Source: Lachnospiraceae bacterium (GTDB lineage Bacteria; Bacteroidota; Bacteroidia; Bacteroidales; Bacteroidaceae). Taken from it: a stretch of 52,390 nt of DNA. This document shows positions 49,176-52,390 of the stretch, piece after piece. The first letter of the stretch is position 1, and each line of letters begins with the position of its first letter. The position numbers and the translations under genes are program-made. Under the pieces are notes generated by a model, which made no database searches, was not told the DNA's origin, and saw only the letters and a program-made list of their open reading frames with translations. The stretch lies in NCBI GenBank assembly GCA_963604545.1, contig CAVCRI010000001.1, positions 1 through 52,390 on the forward strand. The letters are read 5' to 3'.

Positions 49176-49271
49176 GTGGATGGAAGTGGATGAAGATGGC
49201 TCAGGATGGTCAGAAGTGGTGGGAAGTGGGGAGGAGTGGAAGAATGGTGGGGGAGAAATGTCGTATCTTTG
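49176..49271 (+). promoter_or_regulatory. Seven (G/A)TGG boxes at exact 10-bp period upstream of a TATCTTTG -7 box
   Basis: Boxes at 49176, 49186, 49196, 49206, 49216, 49226 and 49236; -7 box at 49264-71. Confidence 0.7.
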
Positions 49272-49337
49272 CAAATGTGATTCGGAAGTGACGGTCACAC
49301 AACTAGAGTTTATTAATCATTTAAAAGTTTATGTATT

Positions 49338-50003
49338 ATGGCAGTAAGTTACAGTGTATCTAAGATGAATTCAAACTTCGGCGACAAGACCGACGGCAAG
49401 TTCTACGCCCATGCGCAGATCAACGGCACCACCTCGCTCAAGCAGTTCTCCCAGCTCATCGCCTCTCAGACCACCGTGTCGCGTGCTGATGTGGCAGCCG
49501 TGCTCATCAGTTCGGTAGAGAACCTCGTGATGGAGCTTCAGCGTGGCAACCAGGTGGAGTTTGGAGAGCTGGGCAAGTTTCGCCTGCAGATTACCAGCAA
49601 GGGTGCCGAGACGGCGGCTGACTTCAAGTCGGACACCAACATCACGGGTGTGAACGTGCAGTTTGTGCCAGGTGAGGACCTCAACGATCTCTTCTCCAAA
49701 CTGGAGTTTACACCTGTCGCCTCTCGTCTCATCCAGAAGGCTGCCCTCAAGGCTGAGAAGGAGCAGGCAAAGACCCTCGACCTCGATGCCATCAAGGCGA
49801 GCGGCAAGAAGAACAACGGCAATGATGACTCTGACAAGGGTGGGTCTACCACTGGCGGCTCTACTTCGGGAGGCTCAGGCTCATCTACCGGTGACTCTGG
49901 CTCATCTACCGGTGACTCTGGCTCATCAACCGGTGACTCTGGATCATCTGCCGGTGGCTCAGGCAGTTCCAGCAGTGATGGCGACGATGTAGGCATCGGA
50001 TAG
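49338..50003 (+). CDS. Bacteroidales HU-related DNA-binding protein (HU-HIG type) with Gly/Ser-rich tail
   Basis: KFYAHAQ, TTVSRADVAAVL, GNQVEFGELGKFRLQI and VNVQFVPG motifs; GSSTGDS repeats. Confidence 0.88.
   Translation: MAVSYSVSKMNSNFGDKTDGKFYAHAQINGTTSLKQFSQLIASQTTVSRADVAAVLISSVENLVMELQRGNQVEFGELGKFRLQITSKGAETAADFKSDTNITGVNVQFVPGEDLNDLFSKLEFTPVASRLIQKAALKAEKEQAKTLDLDAIKASGKKNNGNDDSDKGGSTTGGSTSGGSGSSTGDSGSSTGDSGSSTGDSGSSAGGSGSSSSDGDDVGIG
49878..49961 (+). repeat. In-frame 21-bp repeat x4 encoding GSSTGDS
   Basis: GGCTCATCTACCGGTGACTCT units at 49878, 49899, 49920 and 49941 (degenerate). Confidence 0.9.
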
Positions 50004-50071
50004 CCCCCGGCGAGAGGGCTGTCCGGGCCCTCTCGGAAACGAATAGTATTCACCTTTAAATAACGACAATT

Positions 50072-50173
50072 ATGGCAGCAAAGAACAAGCAAACTTGGAA
50101 TGAGATTATCAAATTTTTAGTGACGGTATTGACCGCAGTCCTCGGTTCGTTGGGCGTGGCTTCTTGCCAGTAG
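50072..50173 (+). CDS. Smalltalk-family small membrane peptide (33 aa)
   Basis: MAAKNKQTWNEIIKFLVTVLTAVLGSLGVASCQ*; lies between the HU-like and amidase genes; not in the ORF track. Confidence 0.85.
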   Translation: MAAKNKQTWNEIIKFLVTVLTAVLGSLGVASCQ

Positions 50174-50186
50174 GGGAGGGTGGCGT

Positions 50187-50612
50187 ATGAGAGAGATCAA
50201 TATGATTGTGGTGCATTGCAGCGCGACTCGCTGCAATCGCCGATACACCCTGGAGCAGTTGCGACACGACCATGTGATGGTGAACCACTGGCGTGACATC
50301 GGCTATCACTACTACATCACCCTCGATGGCATCGTGCATCCCTGCCGACCGGTGGAGCGCATGGGTGCCCATGCCCGTGGCTACAATGGCCACTCCATCG
50401 GAATCTGCTATGAGGGCGGGCTCAACGAGAACGGATGCATCACCGATACTCGCACGCCTGAGCAGAAGGAGGCGATGCGGCGACTCATCATCGACCTGCA
50501 TCGTCGCTTCCCTTCCATCCGAACGGTGCTGGGGCATCGGGACTTGCCGGGTGTACAGAAAAGTTGCCCTAGCTTCAATGCCTGGCAACTGCAATCCTTG
50601 CTGAAGGATTGA
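50187..50612 (+). CDS. N-acetylmuramoyl-L-alanine amidase (Amidase_2, T7 lysozyme-like)
   Basis: IVVHCSAT, WRDIGYHY, AHARGYNGHSIGICYEGG, GHRD and KSCPSF motifs; no signal peptide. Confidence 0.93.
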   Translation: MREINMIVVHCSATRCNRRYTLEQLRHDHVMVNHWRDIGYHYYITLDGIVHPCRPVERMGAHARGYNGHSIGICYEGGLNENGCITDTRTPEQKEAMRRLIIDLHRRFPSIRTVLGHRDLPGVQKSCPSFNAWQLQSLLKD

Positions 50613-50660
50613 GACGAGGGGTGGCGGTGGTTACCTACTCGTAAAATAATGAGGAAAAAG

Positions 50661-50701
50661 AAAAAAGTGCGGCCATGGGTCGCACTTTTTTCGTATCTTT
50701 G
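50661..50701 (+). terminator. Hairpin/terminator after the amidase, abutting the -7 box of the next gene
   Basis: AAAAAAGTGCG...CGCACTTTTTT followed by TATCTTTG (50694-701). Confidence 0.7.
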
Positions 50702-50735
50702 CACTATCAAACAATCCTCTAAATAGAATCGAATA

Positions 50736-50996
50736 ATGATGTGTAAACCAAGTGATTATGAAGCTACGGCGAGCAGCTATCCTGCTCGCATGTATAGCAA
50801 GATAGAGCTGTCTCTGCTCTACTTTCCGCAGACCGACGACAAGGCGGTAGCCCGCCATCATCTGATGGCTTGGATCAAGGGATGTCCCGAACTTTGGACG
50901 AAATTGCAGGAGCTGGGGTATCGCAACCGTTGTCAATTCTTTTCGCCACGCATGGTGCGGCTCATCATGGATTACCTAGGTGAGCCCAGCCGATGA
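50736..50996 (+). CDS. DUF4248 family protein
   Basis: YSKIELSLLYFP...L.AWI...L...L..LGY...FSPRMVRLIMDYLGEP; usual neighbour of HU/smalltalk/amidase. Confidence 0.85.
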   Translation: MMCKPSDYEATASSYPARMYSKIELSLLYFPQTDDKAVARHHLMAWIKGCPELWTKLQELGYRNRCQFFSPRMVRLIMDYLGEPSR

Positions 50997-52212
50997 GTTG
51001 GTCGCATCGGTCGCCCGTGCCTCGGTAGTAGATGAGGGCATCGTAGCGGTTGGAGGTCTGGAAGAAATCGCCCTCCGTGCCAACGTGCTGGGTGGTGCCG
51101 TCGGGCTTGACGACCAGGTACTGGTAGCTGTAGTAGCCCTGCTTGAGCAAGACGGTGGCTTGGTAGCTGCCGCTGGCTTCGTCATACTCCAGGCGGTAGG
51201 GCGGCAGGAAGCTGTCTAGCGTCCAGTCGCCGTTGAGGTAGACCTCGCCCGGTTGTCGAGGGGCTTGCAGCCGGAAGTGCACCTGGGCATAGTCGCAGGT
51301 GTAGTGGCTCTTCTGGTTGTCGCTGTTGCGGATATAGAAGGAGCCCTTGGCTCCCTCGTCGTGCACGTAGCTTGGCCTTGGCTGGTCGGGCATCACGTAG
51401 GCGTGGAAGTCGTCGCCGTCCCATCGTATCTCGTCGATGCCCATCGTGGGGTGGTCGAGGTCGAGCATCTCAAACTTGCGATATTCGTTGCCCGCCGAGA
51501 TGATGAGCTGTCGGTTGTGGCGCCACTCCATGCCGTCGGCACTCAGGTAGTCGGGCTTGGCATTCCAGACGGCGTTGTCCCACCTGCCGTTTTGCAGCAC
51601 TACGGTTTTTACCTGCTGCTGGGGGTTGGTGATGTGCAACTGGTCGTACTTTAGGTTGAGGCTCACCTGCTGGTGGCTCTTGTTGATGTCGATGTCGGTG
51701 TTCGTGGTGTATGCCATCGCCACCTTCACCTTGGGTTCCACCACCATGAAGCAGGCGGTGAACATGCGGTTGTCTCCCTCGCCGGCATTGTCGTCGTAGA
51801 CAGTGAGGCGATAGTTGCCGCTCATCGTGAGCTGGCAGTGCTCGTTGGGGATGCTGAGGCTGTAGTGGGTGTAGAGGTGGTTGGTGTTGAGCGACTGCTC
51901 GGTGTCGTCGATGGTCAGCTCGCCGTTGAATCCTCTCATGTAGTCAGACTCGAAGAGTCCCTCCGACGGTTGCCAGTTGGCATCGCAGTGCTCCAGCCTA
52001 TAGCTGTAGCGGTGGTAGTCGTGGGTCATGTCGTCGAAGTCGATGTGAATGGCGTTTCCTCCGAGTTGGGTGATGGGCATGCCAAGCCAGTCAGTTCCCG
52101 CCACCACCTGGAGGGTCATGATGCGGGAGTTGACGATCTCGTGCCGCTGAGCCATCGATGGGACGGCATTGAGCGCGAGGGCAAGTGCGAAAGTGTATAG
52201 CAATCTCTTCAT
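50965..52212 (-). CDS. DUF5103 / type IX secretion system plug-like protein
   Basis: Signal peptide; HCDANW, YTHY, SGNY, QNGRWD, AGNEYR, LKQGYYSYQY and EGDFFQTSNRY motifs. Start taken at MKRLLY. Confidence 0.8.
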   Translation of the reverse strand: MKRLLYTFALALALNAVPSMAQRHEIVNSRIMTLQVVAGTDWLGMPITQLGGNAIHIDFDDMTHDYHRYSYRLEHCDANWQPSEGLFESDYMRGFNGELTIDDTEQSLNTNHLYTHYSLSIPNEHCQLTMSGNYRLTVYDDNAGEGDNRMFTACFMVVEPKVKVAMAYTTNTDIDINKSHQQVSLNLKYDQLHITNPQQQVKTVVLQNGRWDNAVWNAKPDYLSADGMEWRHNRQLIISAGNEYRKFEMLDLDHPTMGIDEIRWDGDDFHAYVMPDQPRPSYVHDEGAKGSFYIRNSDNQKSHYTCDYAQVHFRLQAPRQPGEVYLNGDWTLDSFLPPYRLEYDEASGSYQATVLLKQGYYSYQYLVVKPDGTTQHVGTEGDFFQTSNRYDALIYYRGTGDRCDQLIGWAHLGNP

Positions 52213-52336
52213 GCGTGCAAAGGTACATGAAATAGGGGAGATGACCAAGGAAAAGGGCAAAAAAATAACTTGCAGTAGTCTTGAGATGACTAAATGCAAG
52301 CTTATCAACAATAACTAATACATGAAAAACACTTTG

Positions 52337-52390
52337 TAGTCGATAGGGGAATCGAACCCCTATGCCAAGATTGAGAATCTTGTATCCTAA
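52337..52390 (-). tRNA. tRNA-Glu (CTC), 3' part (5' end off window)
   Basis: Anticodon arm CAAGA-TTCTCAA-TCTTG and T-arm AGGGG-TTCGATT-CCCCT. Confidence 0.92.

Noticed and set aside
47079..50996. Prophage or intact integrative element
   Set aside because: No integrase, terminase, capsid, relaxase or transposase, and no flanking att-like direct repeats were found by eye. tRNA-Glu is separated from the block by a housekeeping-type gene.

Overview
This is a chromosomal window from a Bacteroidales bacterium, most likely Prevotellaceae (Prevotella/Segatella-like), judged from TTTG-N19-21-TAnnTTTG promoters, gene content and intergenic repeat families. Most of it is housekeeping: the rplU start, maeB, fur-purA-hisS, perR-rubrerythrin, ftsK-lolA, an rlmI-like gene, dnaB, leuA-leuC-leuD-cimA-leuB with a leader-peptide attenuator, tRNA-Cys, rarA, rseC-rnfBCDGEA, a T9SS plug-like gene and a partial tRNA-Glu. 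The standout is a ~4 kb accessory block (47079-50996) with no integrase or transposase. It holds a Rep_3/RepB-like initiator gene whose long leader folds into a ~190-nt rod with strand-specific G-U pairs, and an origin-like intergenic region (AT-rich tract, phased TGGTAACT boxes, five 22-bp repeats). Seven RTGG boxes at exact 10-bp spacing (MraZ-box-like) precede a divergent operon of an HU-like protein, a smalltalk peptide and an amidase, followed by a DUF4248-like gene. Other points of note: two paralogous ~90-nt sRNA candidates 34 kb apart, an Ile-rich leu/cimA attenuator, a frameshifted metallophosphoesterase, and small ORFs missed by the ORF track. All family assignments come from reading motifs by eye; no database searches were run.
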